64,000 nucleotides of DNA. It comes from Catajapyx aquilonaris. Lineage: Eukaryota. Every line of letters starts with the position of its first letter. Positions within the stretch are counted from its first letter, which is position 1. The stretch covers positions 1-64,000 of the forward strand of contig KZ538172.1 of assembly GCA_000934665.2 (NCBI GenBank), in the 5' to 3' direction. Below the pieces are notes generated by a model that saw only the letters and a program-made list of their open reading frames with translations, did not search any database and was not told the origin of the DNA. The position numbers were made by a program, and so were the translations under genes. Shown here piece after piece: positions 49,401-61,869 of the stretch.

Positions 49401-52400
49401 TATCGTATGACTTTTTGACAGACAGGGTGAGAGCCCTTGTCTGTCATCAAACTGATGAATAAGCTGTTATTATACACATGGTGGGTGAATAACATGCGAA
49501 ATTATGAAGGTGTTTTGCTACTATTTTCACTACATGCGATTATTAAGTGTGCAGGGGAAGGCTTCACAATAGCTGGTTATTTAGACAAATTCTGGAAGAG
49601 TCGAAAACGATGCAGCCTGAAAGTGAAATTTTGGGAAATAATGACACGTTGTGGTCCATGTACAGTAGTTATTTATTGTTTGCAAGCCCCGCCGGAATTT
49701 TATTGCAAGTTTACGTGCAAGGAACAAATGTTTTCACCTCTGATAAACAGCAAGTGCACTGACCTACCTCTATACGGAGTATTTCTCAGATAATCTTCGA
49801 AATCCCTTGAAGTGGACTTTTGGGTGAGGTAGGAATGACTCTACGACATACTGCAGCCTTTTCTCTTCTCTTTTTTTTTCTTTTGTTTCAACACTACAGC
49901 TAGGTTGTACTTGCTGGAAGACGTTTTACTTATTTTGACGCCATCATTATCTCGGACTCCACTAAGAAAATTCCAATTTCGCTCTACGTATTCCAGTACA
50001 AAAGGTAAAAGAATAGGTTGTTATTATAATAAAGAAATAATTGATATGAAAATTTTTCCTTCGCTATGATTGTAGATTTCTAAAAGTGAATATTCCTATT
50101 TATCATCATTACGACTAACCTATATGGTGTACAAATTTGAGAGAAAATTATCCAGCCTAATGAACGAATTGACTGACATCGTCTCCCGCTACAAAAATTG
50201 CAAAGTAGGAACTTGACGGGAACTAAGGTTTGTGGTTTGGGGGAAAAGGTCGAATACTGCCATGGAAATATTATTCGCTTCTATAGTGACTTAGCAAGGG
50301 GTGTTCCGCTTCATATATGGTCGGCGGTCACAAACATTTCTCTGAGGAAACCCCACAGATCCACGCAAAACATGAAACGTCGAACAATGATAGCTCAGTC
50401 AACATTGAAAAGGAAGCTACATGACAAAGACTGTATTATTTTTTTCAGAACGGCATTTCTTAATGATATCAGATGATGCATATAGAAGCGGACGAAAGAA
50501 TTGCCAAGCCATAACATTGCCAATACCAACCAAAGTGTAGGAGGTAACAAACTCGCCTGCAATAGCATAATACTTTCGGGTATATACAGTAAAAAATCCC
50601 CTCATACAAACGTGAATTAGTGTGTACCAAGCCAATTCTTTAGTCCACATTCACAAAGCAGCTTAGGGTTCAAAATTTATCTTCTTTGGTTCTGAATAGT
50701 CAGTAGCCGTCGATTAAGCTTGAGAAGGAAGTGGCACAAAGAACTATTATGCTATTCATTATGAAGCACTCCTTGTGGAAATAGCTACACAACCACGGAA
50801 ATAGGAATCACATTCAGAAATGGCTTACATGTACCCAGATTTTTCAAAATCTGCGACAAATAACAGAAATGGGCAAACTTTTCTCCCTCACATCCCCAGA
50901 ACAGTAAGAACAACTCAGAATAGGAGTACATCAAAAGTGTTCAAACATTCCAACCTGGTTTCTAACACTGTTCAAGTGGTTTGCGACTAACACTTCACCC
51001 TATGCTTTACAGGAAGAAGTTTACCTCAACTATTTATGCACCTAAAAAGCCTCGCTCATTTGCAAGAGGCACTCGCTAACAGGTATCGAAGATTGAAACC
51101 TCAGAAAACACCATTGTGTTTGCCACAAACCATTTCATTTTTTTTTTACACTCACACTGCACAAGTACGTCATTACAACTCAAGTTTTAGCGGGAAAGGT
51201 ATTGGTGGTCTCAGTACAATCACAATCATGGAAGTTGCGGGTTATGGGCGACATTCACGTAGACTGTTGTAACTTACAAGGGTTACTGGCTCATGCGTTC
51301 AACACCCTAAGGTCAAGACAGACTCATCAGTTCTGCTTTATCAGATGTCTAATATAAAATATTAGCCAGTAGGTGTTGCCCACATGAATCCCACCCTATG
51401 AATAGTATAGTGAAGAAGCGGAATAGAAACACGCTGCTTATACTTTCGCCAAAAAGCAGCCAGCGGAATGGAAGCGTTTGTTCATTCTCATCATTTGGCA
51501 GTTTTTTTTTTGTTGTCTTTCAAATTTCAGAATTGGCAGTCTTGTAGAAAGCCGTTACGGCTACAGGTTCGATAGACAAAAGTCTACAAAGTGCAAAAGG
51601 TTGGAGGCAGAAGGTGGTTGGCATTAGCCAGTAGGCACTCCAGTCGGACGACATGCTTCGGCGCTTGTTTGATCTATTCATTGCCATGTGCACTACCGTA
51701 ATAATTCTAATTTAGTCTGGTGCGTGGCAGTCATAGATCATAGGGATAACGCATCAACTACTCGCGTCATAAAGTTGATTGGCGCTGTCCTCGGGCCAAA
51801 ATTGTACAGTACTAAGCATTGGTTACTTTGACGCTTTTTTAAGCATGTGCGCACAAAGAGTGACATTAAATTGTGCTTCTAGGTCAGCAATGTTCAAGGA
51901 GCTCATACTTTTAAACACTTTTTCCGCTCTGTCAAGTTTCATCACTCGAAACAGGTCTCCAACATGGTCTTGTTTACTCTGACACTATGTACACCCTGTC
52001 TCTACTACTTTATACAAAACATATGTACAAAAGGGGTGGGGGAGGAGAAGCTAAGCATTTACTGTACAAGTTACAATCTCATTGTCGGGTCTATTAGAAA
52101 GCCTGTGTGGTCCCTGACGTAAGATTTTGGACCCATGACCACTCTGACAACACTTCTTGATATGGCTGGCTACACATCACCGACACAACTCTTATCTCTC
52201 TAGTCCACGTGACGTCAGCGGGAGATGAGACATTTCCCGAATAAGAAGTCCGTTGTTGAGCAAACGTGGCTGTCTGACTGATATGTTGACAACTACAATA
52301 ACTTTAAACCCCTCCGACTAGTTCCGTTCCGAAAAAAATGACGTCAGTGCTAAAACAATTCTACAGTAGGCTATAACCAAATAGGATAGGTTATCAGTAT

Positions 52401-52911
52401 CAATATTCGTCAGATCCTACAAACTCTCCAGTTTTCAGTACCGGTGTAGGTACCTACTATCATCGATATCTGTGTATCTATGTGTAATTAAATTTGGCAC
52501 AATGAATCAGTCAGTATAAAACACGCCAACTCCTACTTTTTTTTTTACATATACAGCCTGCCCGTCTGAATGAGGTCCCACTGACACTATTAGTCAAGTG
52601 GTGCAATTGGCCGAATGTGAGTTAGCGTTTCATGGTACTGGCCGCCTTACTGGTGTCATTAACACCATCTACGAGTATAGACTAAGAATGGAAGCACCCA
52701 AATACACCGGTAAATCAAACAACTGGGATCAACATCACGCGTGGAACGAATGTTACCGTGGGTGAGGTCTTGAGATTGAGCCTGTCACGTAATCACCGCT
52801 CAAGTCACGTATGGTGCATATGGCCTGGAGAGAGTGCAAGAGTACATCGCTTCTGGTGTGTGTATACAGCATAACGGAAGGTGGCAGTGGCATGCAAGTG
52901 GCCGGGGAAGT

Positions 52912-53400
52912 TCACATATAGGTGGGTTTGATCTTATAGGCTCGTTTCCATATCTCGCAAAGACAGACAGTGGAATGGAAACGATAGAAGATGGCCAGTG
53001 GCATGCTGATGTGGGTGATGATAGTCCAAGCCCACACGCCATAGAAATGCAGCTGGATCGGATGAGAATCGGCGCGACTCTTCTCCAAAGTGTTGATGGC
53101 CCACATAGCCAAGTTGGTCACCAGCAGGAAGGTGATGACCTCTCTGCCCGGCTTCCGACGAGCCAGGTCGCTGTTGTGAACCGCCCTCTTGGACGCATCT
53201 AGGATGAAGATGGTTTGCAGCAGGGCTTGACCCAGGCTGCACAGTGCGGTCACCAGCACCAGGATGGTGTTCTTCTCGATGGTGAAGTGGCCGCCGATGA
53301 TGGTGAAGATGTTGTAGGTGAAGGTGCCCGTCTGTGCCACCACCAGGAGGATGTTGTCCAGCTCCAAGTTCCGGTGAGCATCAAATCGCAATCCGCGTAC
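52912..53400 (-). CDS. OtopLc: OtopLc-like last exon (VRGLRFDAHRNLELDNILL...IFYRFHS...KPTYM*)
   Basis: CATACAG acceptor, 489 nt, phase 0, TGA stop. Confidence 0.95.
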   Translation of the reverse strand, partial: VRGLRFDAHRNLELDNILLVVAQTGTFTYNIFTIIGGHFTIEKNTILVLVTALCSLGQALLQTIFILDASKRAVHNSDLARRKPGREVITFLLVTNLAMWAINTLEKSRADSHPIQLHFYGVWAWTIITHISMPLAIFYRFHSTVCLCEIWKRAYKIKPTYM

Positions 53401-56400
53401 CTGTATGTGACATCAGCGTTAGTTTCACACCCGAGGGTATACAAACTTTTGTTCTTCTCTGGAGTTTGGGAAGCCAGATATAAAAACCCCAAAGGAAAAC
53501 ACCTATTATCCTCCAAGATCGATATGGCCCCGATATGGTTAACCGCAATAGGTCTCAGAAAGGTTACTTTTCACGTCGGGTACAGGTTAAGCCCCACAAA
53601 ATCACACTGCTGTGGTTTTGGGCAGCTTGGGAAATGGCTGTCATTTTTTTTCATTTCCTCGAAAATCTTGGCCGCCGTCGACTTGACAAGAAAGTATTCA
53701 CTGCACAAGTTATAAGGCTTCTGCAAGATATTATTCTCGGTCAATGAACTACAAAAAATGAAAAAGCGCCGAGATAATGTGCCATTAATCGCTTGGAAAG
53801 GGTGGTCTAGTGGTTAAGGTACGGTTCTATTTCGGGCCTTTCTCAAATAACATTTTAAACGGCCCTGTTGACCCTGATATACGATATTCTAAAATCCTCC
53901 TTTTGATATTACAGTCGCTAATTGAAACTGTTCCAGGCCGTCGGGAGCTATTATGTCACTTTCATATTCTTCTAGATCTCCCCTGTTTCTATTTCGTGTC
54001 CAAGAAACGAATTAATAAGATTGGCTTACAAATTTTGGTATCATAGTTCGAAAATGTATAGATCGACATGAGGTTTGTGTGCAATGATGGATGGAGATGT
54101 TCGGCCATGTGGTAATGTTGAATTTCGTGGAATATTCTTGAACATTTTTTTTTCCAAACAAAGGGTAATACTACTTTTGGAATATCGTAATACGGTAATA
54201 CTGACAAACAGGACGTTCATATTTTGTGCAATGCAACACTGAACGGTATATGTTAAAAGTATATATACATTGTACTGTGAAGGGCCATTCAATGTTCTAG
54301 CAAATGACAACCACGTCAGTATGTTATTCACAACAAACTAGCGAAAAAGGATGTATAGGCTACACTATAGACACAGATGTTACTAAATAACAGGAATAAC
54401 TTAATAAGAATATGTGTACCAGTTAGTACTTTCGATCAAATATTACTACTGCTGACATTTGTGCTTTCATAATATCTTTTGAGTTAAACTATTCCTGCGA
54501 CACATACCTCACTTATAGAAAATGAGGCACATGACTCAGATACAGTTGAACTCAAAGGCGTCAAATTAGCGCCTGCTAGTAGGCGACCGCGTAGAGTAAA
54601 GGGGGTTTCACAAAAAGATTTTGAGCCAGCGGCAAGAGGCGCGTTTAACGCGTCGCCGTGCAGTTCGCATAAAATTTTTGCCGCGACAAATATGCAGCGC
54701 GTCAAGAACAGGTCGGCCAGAATTTGCGGCGCGACATTTTTTTTGTGGAACAGGCTTAAGGTAGCTCTGCAGGTGCGGCGAACATTACGCATTAATTGTG
54801 CCTGCGTTTTAAAATAGACCCCGGGATTGCGCTACCCAAACGGACCACCCTACATACATTGCGAGACATCTTGCAGAAGAAATCCCTGTAACTACTCAAT
54901 GCAACTTAAGATAAGGAAACCTACTAATAAAAATATACATTCTTCATTTTCTGTTAGATGTATATGGTGGCCACAAAATAAAGATGCTTCATCAGCTGCT
55001 TCAATGAGGTCAAGCTACAAAACTACACATCCCATTTTGTGTAATGAAAATATTCATGTCTAGAAAAGCATATAATTGTGTAGTTTAATTATGGCCAAAT
55101 CATTAGTATTCATTGCGTCCAATAGCATGACTAATGGAAAGAAAACATGTTAGATATGTACACTAAACCAGCCCCATCCTAAAATCAGTTATTTTAGTTC
55201 CATGCACCAATGCAGGACCGTGTTGGTAATACCTTAGAATGCAACTGTCCAGAAGGAGGGACAAAGTATTACAGAAAATCAAAAATAATAGTGAAATGAA
55301 TGTTAAAACAAAATTCATGTTCTGAGCAATCCAACCTTGTAGATGTGATCTATGAAATATGCGCAAAACATTTTAATTCGGTGTCATATCATTTCTACCA
55401 AACCTAATTTGGAACGATTATCATGTTGTTTTTTTCTGTTGAACGTAAAAATTTTTTTAGGGGTATGTCATGCCTTATGACGGCAGTATTTGTATAATTC
55501 CTTAAAAATAGGATAGCTTATCATAACCAATTCATATGTCGGCTAAAAACTAACAATTGCCAGACAAACCCCAACAAACATGGGTCTGAGAGGAAATTAG
55601 AATGTTTTATCTGATTCCCAAATAGACATAACAGAATTTCAAAATCTCTACCTCGAAGTCCTGCGGATTTGTGAAAAAAATACCCCGTGATAGGGCCTTG
55701 AGCCCTGGGGGGGGGGGGGGGGGGGGTTAANNNNNNNNNNNNNNNNNNNNNNNNNNNNNNNNNNNNNNNNNNNNNNNNNNNNNNNNNNNNNNNNNNNNNN
55801 NNNNNNNNNNNNNNNNNNNNNNNNNNNNNNNNNNNNNNNNNNNNNNNNNNNNNNNNNNNNNNNNNNNNNNNNNNNNNNNNNNNNNNNNNNNNNNNNNNNN
55901 NNNNNNNNNNNNNNNNNNNNNNNNNNNCCCCCCCCCCCCTCCCGGTACAAGTCCTGCAGATGTGAGTAGTCAGTAGTGTAAGTGTACTGACCTGAATCAT
56001 ACCGATGAGCACGGCTAGTGTCGTGGTGCAGTACAAAATGAGCTCTGTGATATTAACTTCGACCACCGCTAGCCCGCGGTACTCTGGCCGATTGATGAGC
56101 ACAAAGAAGAGGATAAGCCCAATAATGGTGAGCACCAGCAAGAGGATGCCTACAAAGAGGCCCTTGTTGGCCTTGGTGCAGTCTACAGAGTAGTGATGAG
56201 GAGACCTCTTGGGCGCCACATGGGACAGGCTGCCCCTCCTGGCCCTGGCGTGGAACCGGTTGATGTTCTTCCACATGACGTACAGGATGGCTGCGCAGAT
56301 GAGGCTGTACTCGATGGTGCAAGGGAAGAGGAAGGGGCTGGCGTTCTGTACCAAGGAGCCCATGATGTCCGTACGGCGGCATTCGTAGATGGAGTGCAGA

Positions 56401-59400
56401 CCTCGGGTGACCCGGCGGTGATGCTGCTCACTTCGCGCCGCAGACACCGAAGATGCTGAAGGAAATGAAGCCGTGAAGCTCAGCCAAGGAGAGTCGCTTC
56501 CAGAAGGCGTCAGTTGCAGGGCTGTCGATTAGGGAGCATGCTGAGATCAAGTGATACGTGGACCCTCTCCGTCACGTCTACAGTGCCAGCCAGTTCGAGT
56601 GAAACACGTGTAGGTCACACGGGGATTCGACGCCACACTCATGCAAATGAGAGGAAGAGTTGAACAAGGCAGAGAGCTACGAAAATGGTATGAGGATGAT
56701 TTTGAGAGGGGTTGTAAAAGTAGAAACTTGTCACCTGGAGAGGCATCTCGGTTCCTTCCACCATCAACTTACCCCCTTTTGTGACATTGTTTCGGGCTTT
56801 TGATTGTCTGCAATAAAGAAGGTGGAGTGCGCGTTTGATGGGACGCGTGGAGAAGCTTTGGAGATTGGGGCGCTGCACACATAACAAAGGGGAATACCCA
56901 GGAGAGGTTTAATCGGAAAGACGACGACAGCTAGCTGGAGACACACAGACAATTCCGCCCTCTGGACCCTCCTCCTGGCGGCTGCGAAAAAAAGGCAACA
57001 TTTGCTCACCTTGGGGGATAGTGATGGTACGATTCTCAGGGTCATAGAACATGAGGATCTCGTGCTTTGTTTCCTGCACCAGCACGTTGAACCACACGCA
57101 CATATTGGTACCAATCATGTGCATCAACCCGAACTGTGCCACCGTCTTGAACCGGTACACCGCCATCTAGAAGGAATGTACCGAAAAAGCACTTGCTTTA
57201 TACTGTGCATCCTTTAGTGTCGAGCAAAGCGCTGCGCTGCTAAGAAGCCACGGTGGCATCATTCAATTCCCACCCATCAAACCCCATTGTGAAAGAAAGA
57301 GAGACAGAAAAAAAGTACGACAACTTGGGTGATACTTATCGTCGTGGATTCTGCTTTTTCAACCGGTGCACCTTAGTCATGCATATGTAAGCACAGAGAA
57401 AGACATCCTGCGGGAAAGCGGAATTTGGTATCAAGTGCACTTTGCTTCATACACTAAGAGTACGGGAAGCTAACTATCACTAAAGTCAACTCTACGGTTG
57501 ATCTTCACTGTTCAGTAAAACGTAACAGTGAGTATCAAGCGCACCTATGTCTACGGCATGCAAAAATACAGTGCAAAATATCAATCTACAAGTGACAGAA
57601 AGTACCTTTTCCGCATCGAGTCGTGAGAGTCATAGAGAACATGCGCAGTGCAAAAGATTGAAATTGAAATACTTTCTCTAGCTACTCCTTTTAGTGCTAG
57701 TGTTGCTACTCAAGAAAAAATAAACGTGCCACTAATGCAAGATTGTCATGCTCTACAAGGTGAAATGAAATGTAACTCAAGAACTCATGAAAACGTAGAG
57801 GGCACCAGTATACTGTACATCACGGCGAATATCCGAGTAATACCAACTCCTTTTGTTTTCAACTACAATATTATTTATACAGCAAGATAATAACTGATTG
57901 ACGACTAGTGTGAAAAAGATCGGCCTTACCTTGGCGTTGAGAAAGATAAAGTACATCTGGATGAAGGTGAAGGCCATCCTGGTAGCAGGAGTCAACGCCA
58001 CCAACAAGTTGTGGCACTTGGTGTCCGGAGCCAACTCGAAGTACTGCCCAAATTCCAATCCCGAGTAGATCATGCTTCCGATTCCGAAAGCTTTTGAAAG
58101 GAGCAAATCAAACGTCTCAATTTTCTCTCAAGGGAGGAGGAAAGGCCCATCGAAAAGATCTTTTGAGAAGTCTCCAGCAATTTGCAAGAGGGCTTTTCGC
58201 CTTGCTTACCCACGGCTCCCATCCTAAGATAAAAGCTGCCGAAGTGAGTGAACTGTCGAGGAGTGAATGGCGACCTTTTCATCTGGCTGTTGCACTCACT
58301 GCCGCTCAGGCTCACCTCCGTGTCGTCAGTCTGACCTTTGCTTGTCACCGACTTGTCCGACTTGTCACTTGCCAATCTTATACCTGAATTCCCACCAAAA
58401 TCAACATTATTGTCACTCGAATAATGATCCGAGTGTACTTACGTGTGAAGGCGTTTTTAACAGCGCTGGAAATGGTGATTTCCTCACGAAGAATAGATGC
58501 GTAGACGTAGAGCATGTACGATATGCTGCCAAAGTACAGGTACACATAGAAGCCCTGAAAATTCAATTAGAAGGGATGAAGTCAGCGTCTAACCTTCATT
58601 TGGAGTGTGTGCATTAGCACAATCAACATGTAGTTATTGAGTGGTGAACTTGATCTCGTCTCTTCCTACTTATTATTTTCATTCGCGGGTGACCTTTGAA
58701 TCATACATTGGCGGCATTAATGGTCACACTTGGCCCACATTTTCACGTGGTACTTATCCACCATATGTGCCCGATAGCATAGCTGCTGACCACAAAAAAA
58801 ACAATGTGTCACATATACTGTAAACATAAAATCGTGATACTTTATATATACTGTACATGCCTATAAAATTTTTTCGAGTAGTTGAATTTTCACTAAGTGT
58901 CGTGAACAAGTTCTGTATAGTTATTACGGGTTCAACACAAACATACACCACCATCCAGTGCAGTACACACAATATTTTGGATCCTACATGACGAATACTA
59001 TTAATACGCCACATTTTACAGTGCGCCAATCGGCTTTGCAAAACAGTGCTGGTATTATGAGGACGTTTCTGGAATATTAGTAAGGTAGGTTACTTATTTG
59101 TCCAGTCGGTGACATGATGACATGGTGCGGGACGAATGTGCGTTTCCTAAGGTGCATTGCATGTGCCAGATAAACATGTTTGGTAAACAGCCACATACCT
59201 GGAAATGACTCAAGTGTGTCTGCAAAACAAAAAGAAGTTTTAATCTATTTCATTTGTTAATGTTAATGTCATTTGTTGTCATTGTTAATGTTAATGCTTT
59301 AGTGCTTGAATAAATAGACGACATTGTGGCTTTTTAGCTCAAGGACAACCGATAGATAGTCTTAGGATAGTATCTTGCACCAAACGCACTAATGTGTCTG

Positions 59401-61153
59401 CTTATACTCACACTTCCGGATGTGATTGTCTGCCATAATGCACTTAAAACACGCAATATAACCAATAGTTCACCCTTGTCCATCTGTAGTGTATGTCAAT
59501 TCGTTGCTTTCGCTATTTATTTGCATGGCTGCCTCACAGCAGTTTAATCAAACTTATTTTAGGAAAATGTTTCAGTTTCCAAAATTTGACACAATATAAT
59601 GATGTAGACTGCAACGGAAGTAAAGATTCTCTGAAGTGTTTTGTCGGACATTTGTTTCTTTTCCACTTTTTAAAATACCAGCAGACTACCGTGGTCCCAG
59701 CCAATTTTTAAAACACGTCACATGTCATCCTAAACATAAACACGATTATTAAAAACACGATTCATCCGCAAGGTGTCAATCACACCCAGCGATAGTCTCG
59801 CATAATGGTTACATAACAATGCATATTCCAATAATTATTGCAAGTTACCATATTGCAAATTTTCCAATCTGCACCAGATTTTTCCCGATCATAGTAGACT
59901 ACATGTATATATCGCATAATTACAAGGACAATCTGCAAAGCTCCTGAATGGCATTTCTTGGTCATCAAGGATTGTTTTATGAAGCTATCTGGGCAGTACT
60001 AGTGCCATCTCTCCTCTGAGATTGGCCACATTGGCGAATGATAAGGGTTGGTAACCAAGAAATGAACTTCATGAGCAATCATGGACTGAACAAAGACTGA
60101 CCTCATAGAATGTGGATGGGATGTGTTTTGAGATGACCTCCGACATAGGGAATGCGATGCCCATGACCACCAGGAGCTTCCCGTAGAGGGCGCTGAGGAG
60201 AATGCTGAGGGCCTCTCTGCCGAGGATCGAAATTCACACATTTATTAATCAAGCCGCTTCCATTTTGGTACCCCTCCCAAGCCCCTCGGCCCAACTTAGG
60301 GCTTTTTTTTGCCCAGGGGCTTGAAACAAAAGGCCTTGTTCCGGATTTAATCACCCCCCTAGTCCCATCATGTAGCGCCCCCCCCGAACTTTATTTTCCC
60401 CCATAAAGTTCGCTCATCTCCAAAGAATGGATCAACTTTGCCAACTTGTCCCCTTTCCCCCGAAAGCTTGGAAGCAACAACAGGACACATCGGGTGTAAT
60501 ATATGCACCATGACAAGACACATGTCCACACGGCAGTGCGAAGAATGGAATATGGGAAAGATGATAAATGGTGAGGTGACATACAGTGCGGAGGTACGGT
60601 ACATATACGAATACTGACTTTCCCTCCCGTCTCCATTCGGTGCGCGTTTCGTTGCTCTTGACGTGCTTCTTGGACTTGAGGATGGGCATGGGCGAAGTGG
60701 GTGTGGATGGCGGCGTCCCTTGGAACATGACTGGGGAGATGTCCACCACTGTCGCACCGTGATCACTGAAACCAGGAAACCTTCCTGCCATTGAGTCCTG
60801 CACCAGCACTAATACCTCACAGCACGAGACAGTATGCACTTGAAACGCTGATACGTGCAATTTTTTTTTTATCTGGCGGCTTGCATTGAGAAGAATCAGC
60901 TGATGGCCGATGGAGAGAAGAGAGAGAAAAAAAATAGAGATAAATGTGTTTGTTTTCTGACCTGTGATGGTGATCGGCGCTGCTATGCCCATTGTTGATC
61001 CCGATGCCATTGGGGAGATGCCTTCGTGGTGTGGAGTGCTGGGATGGGGACAAGGTCTCCGGACTCACCACCGTGGCCTGCGGGTTGGTCGGAGATGGTA
61101 ACAGAGGCCGGCTCAGCGACAAGGGCGCCTCTCTCCCGTGGACTCCTGCCCAG
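52912..61153 (-). CDS. OtopLc: Otopetrin proton channel, OtopLc-like (5'-partial, at least 669 aa)
   Basis: Exon chain 61153-60962, 60765-60619, 60216-60102, 58554-58443, 58383-58210, 58090-57930, 57166-57010, 56455-55992, 53400-52912, all GT-AG and phase-consistent. Motifs: LSALYGKLLVVMGIAFPMSEVIS, HFGSFYLRMGAVAFGIGSMIYSGLEFGQYFEL, SPFLFPCTIEYSLIC, KPGREVITFLL, MPLAIFYRFHS. OtopLc label from recalled similarity to the Drosophila protein. Confidence 0.92.
55731..55927. other. Assembly gap (197 N) flanked by G and C homopolymers, inside an OtopLc intron
   Basis: Directly visible; reading phase across the intron is preserved. Confidence 0.99.
55992..56455 (-). CDS. OtopLc: OtopLc-like exon (...ECRRTDIMGSLVQNASPFLFPCTIEYSLIC...IGMIQ)
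   Basis: CTTCATTTCCTTCAG acceptor (in-frame alternative at 56521), CAG|GTCAGT donor. Confidence 0.92.
57010..57166 (-). CDS. OtopLc: OtopLc-like exon (MAVYRFKTVAQFGLMHMIGTN...ENRTITIPQ)
   Basis: TTCCTTCTAG acceptor, GTGAGC donor, phase 0-1. Confidence 0.95.
57930..58090 (-). CDS. OtopLc: OtopLc-like exon (FGIGSMIYSGLEFGQYFEL...QMYFIFLNAK)
   Basis: AAG acceptor, GTAAGG donor, 161 nt, phase 1-0. Confidence 0.95.
58210..58383 (-). CDS. OtopLc: OtopLc-like exon (IRLASDKS...HFGSFYLRMGAV)
   Basis: ATTCAG acceptor after a 59-nt intron, GTAAGC donor, phase 1-1. Confidence 0.92.
58443..58554 (-). CDS. OtopLc: OtopLc-like exon (GFYVYLYFGSISYMLYVYASIL...AFT)
   Basis: TTTTCAG acceptor, GTAAGT donor, phase 0-1. 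Confidence 0.93.
60102..60216 (-). CDS. OtopLc: OtopLc-like TM1 exon (EALSILLSALYGKLLVVMGIAFPMSEVISKHIPSTFYE)
   Basis: CTCGGCAG acceptor, GTCAGT donor, 115 nt, phase 2-0. Confidence 0.95.
60619..60765 (-). CDS. OtopLc: OtopLc-like N-terminal exon (DHGATVVDISPVMFQG...EWRREG)
   Basis: TTTCCTGGTTTCAG acceptor, AA|GTCAGT donor, phase 2-2. Confidence 0.8.
60962..61153 (-). CDS. OtopLc: OtopLc-like N-terminal exon (WAGVHGREAP...SADHHH)
   Basis: TATTTTCAG acceptor, CAG|GTCAGA donor, phase 2-2, open frame; upstream exon not found in the window. Confidence 0.7.
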
Positions 61154-61869
61154 CTGAAAATATCATTTCATACTAGTTATCAATATTGCAGAATCACCGA
61201 GCGACAATATCAAATTCTGCATATTTGTCAAAAGTAATTATGCACTTCTCAACGCAAATATGAGTTAAAGAGGCAAGAATTTACTCATAATGCCCATCCT
61301 CCAGACCAACTCCGTCTTAAAGACCGCATTTAGGTCATGTCCGTTTTGGCATGATAACTTAAGCTGAAAGGATTAAGCTTCCGGCATATAATCGCGAATT
61401 AGCCATGACTAGTGGTGTTGTATTTATAACCGTTGTTCTTGTCGATAAAAATCTGACTTTTTATTATCCGAATTGGCCAAAGTATAATTGTTACGACTGA
61501 TCTCCAGAAGTGGCAATTGTATATATCAGCCGTGATTTGTAATCTGCATAGCACGCAGATGCTTATCGCCAACTTTATCTATATGTAGTGGCCTATTTTG
61601 TTTAAAATCACGAAAACATGTCCCATTAATGCCGCATCAATTTTGCCTATTTTTACAAGCAATCACGCTAGCCATATTCGGTCATGACCACTTACGACTT
61701 ACGTAATGGACATAACGGAAGTCCGCATCATATCTACTGAAAACATGTGGAACTAGCGCATGTAAACACGTCTTCGAATCAAGATCACCTTCGTTTATGT
61801 AAAAAACTACAACTTCAGACATGTCCATCACTCGTTTAGCTTCATTAGCATTTTATCAATGGATCTGTT

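Noticed and set aside
51295..51340. Minus-strand CTGATGA-GTC...GAC resembling a hammerhead ribozyme core
   Set aside because: The required GAAA after stem II is absent; other CTGATGA sites checked also fail
52750..52914. Open frame continuing past the OtopLc TGA (and similarly past the OtopLa TGA)
   Set aside because: Stop contexts are TGA-A and TGA-G, not the leaky TGA-C; lengths are compatible with chance
55521..55991. Extension of the 308-aa ORF through the N gap
   Set aside because: Artefact of Ns; the exon ends at the 55991 donor
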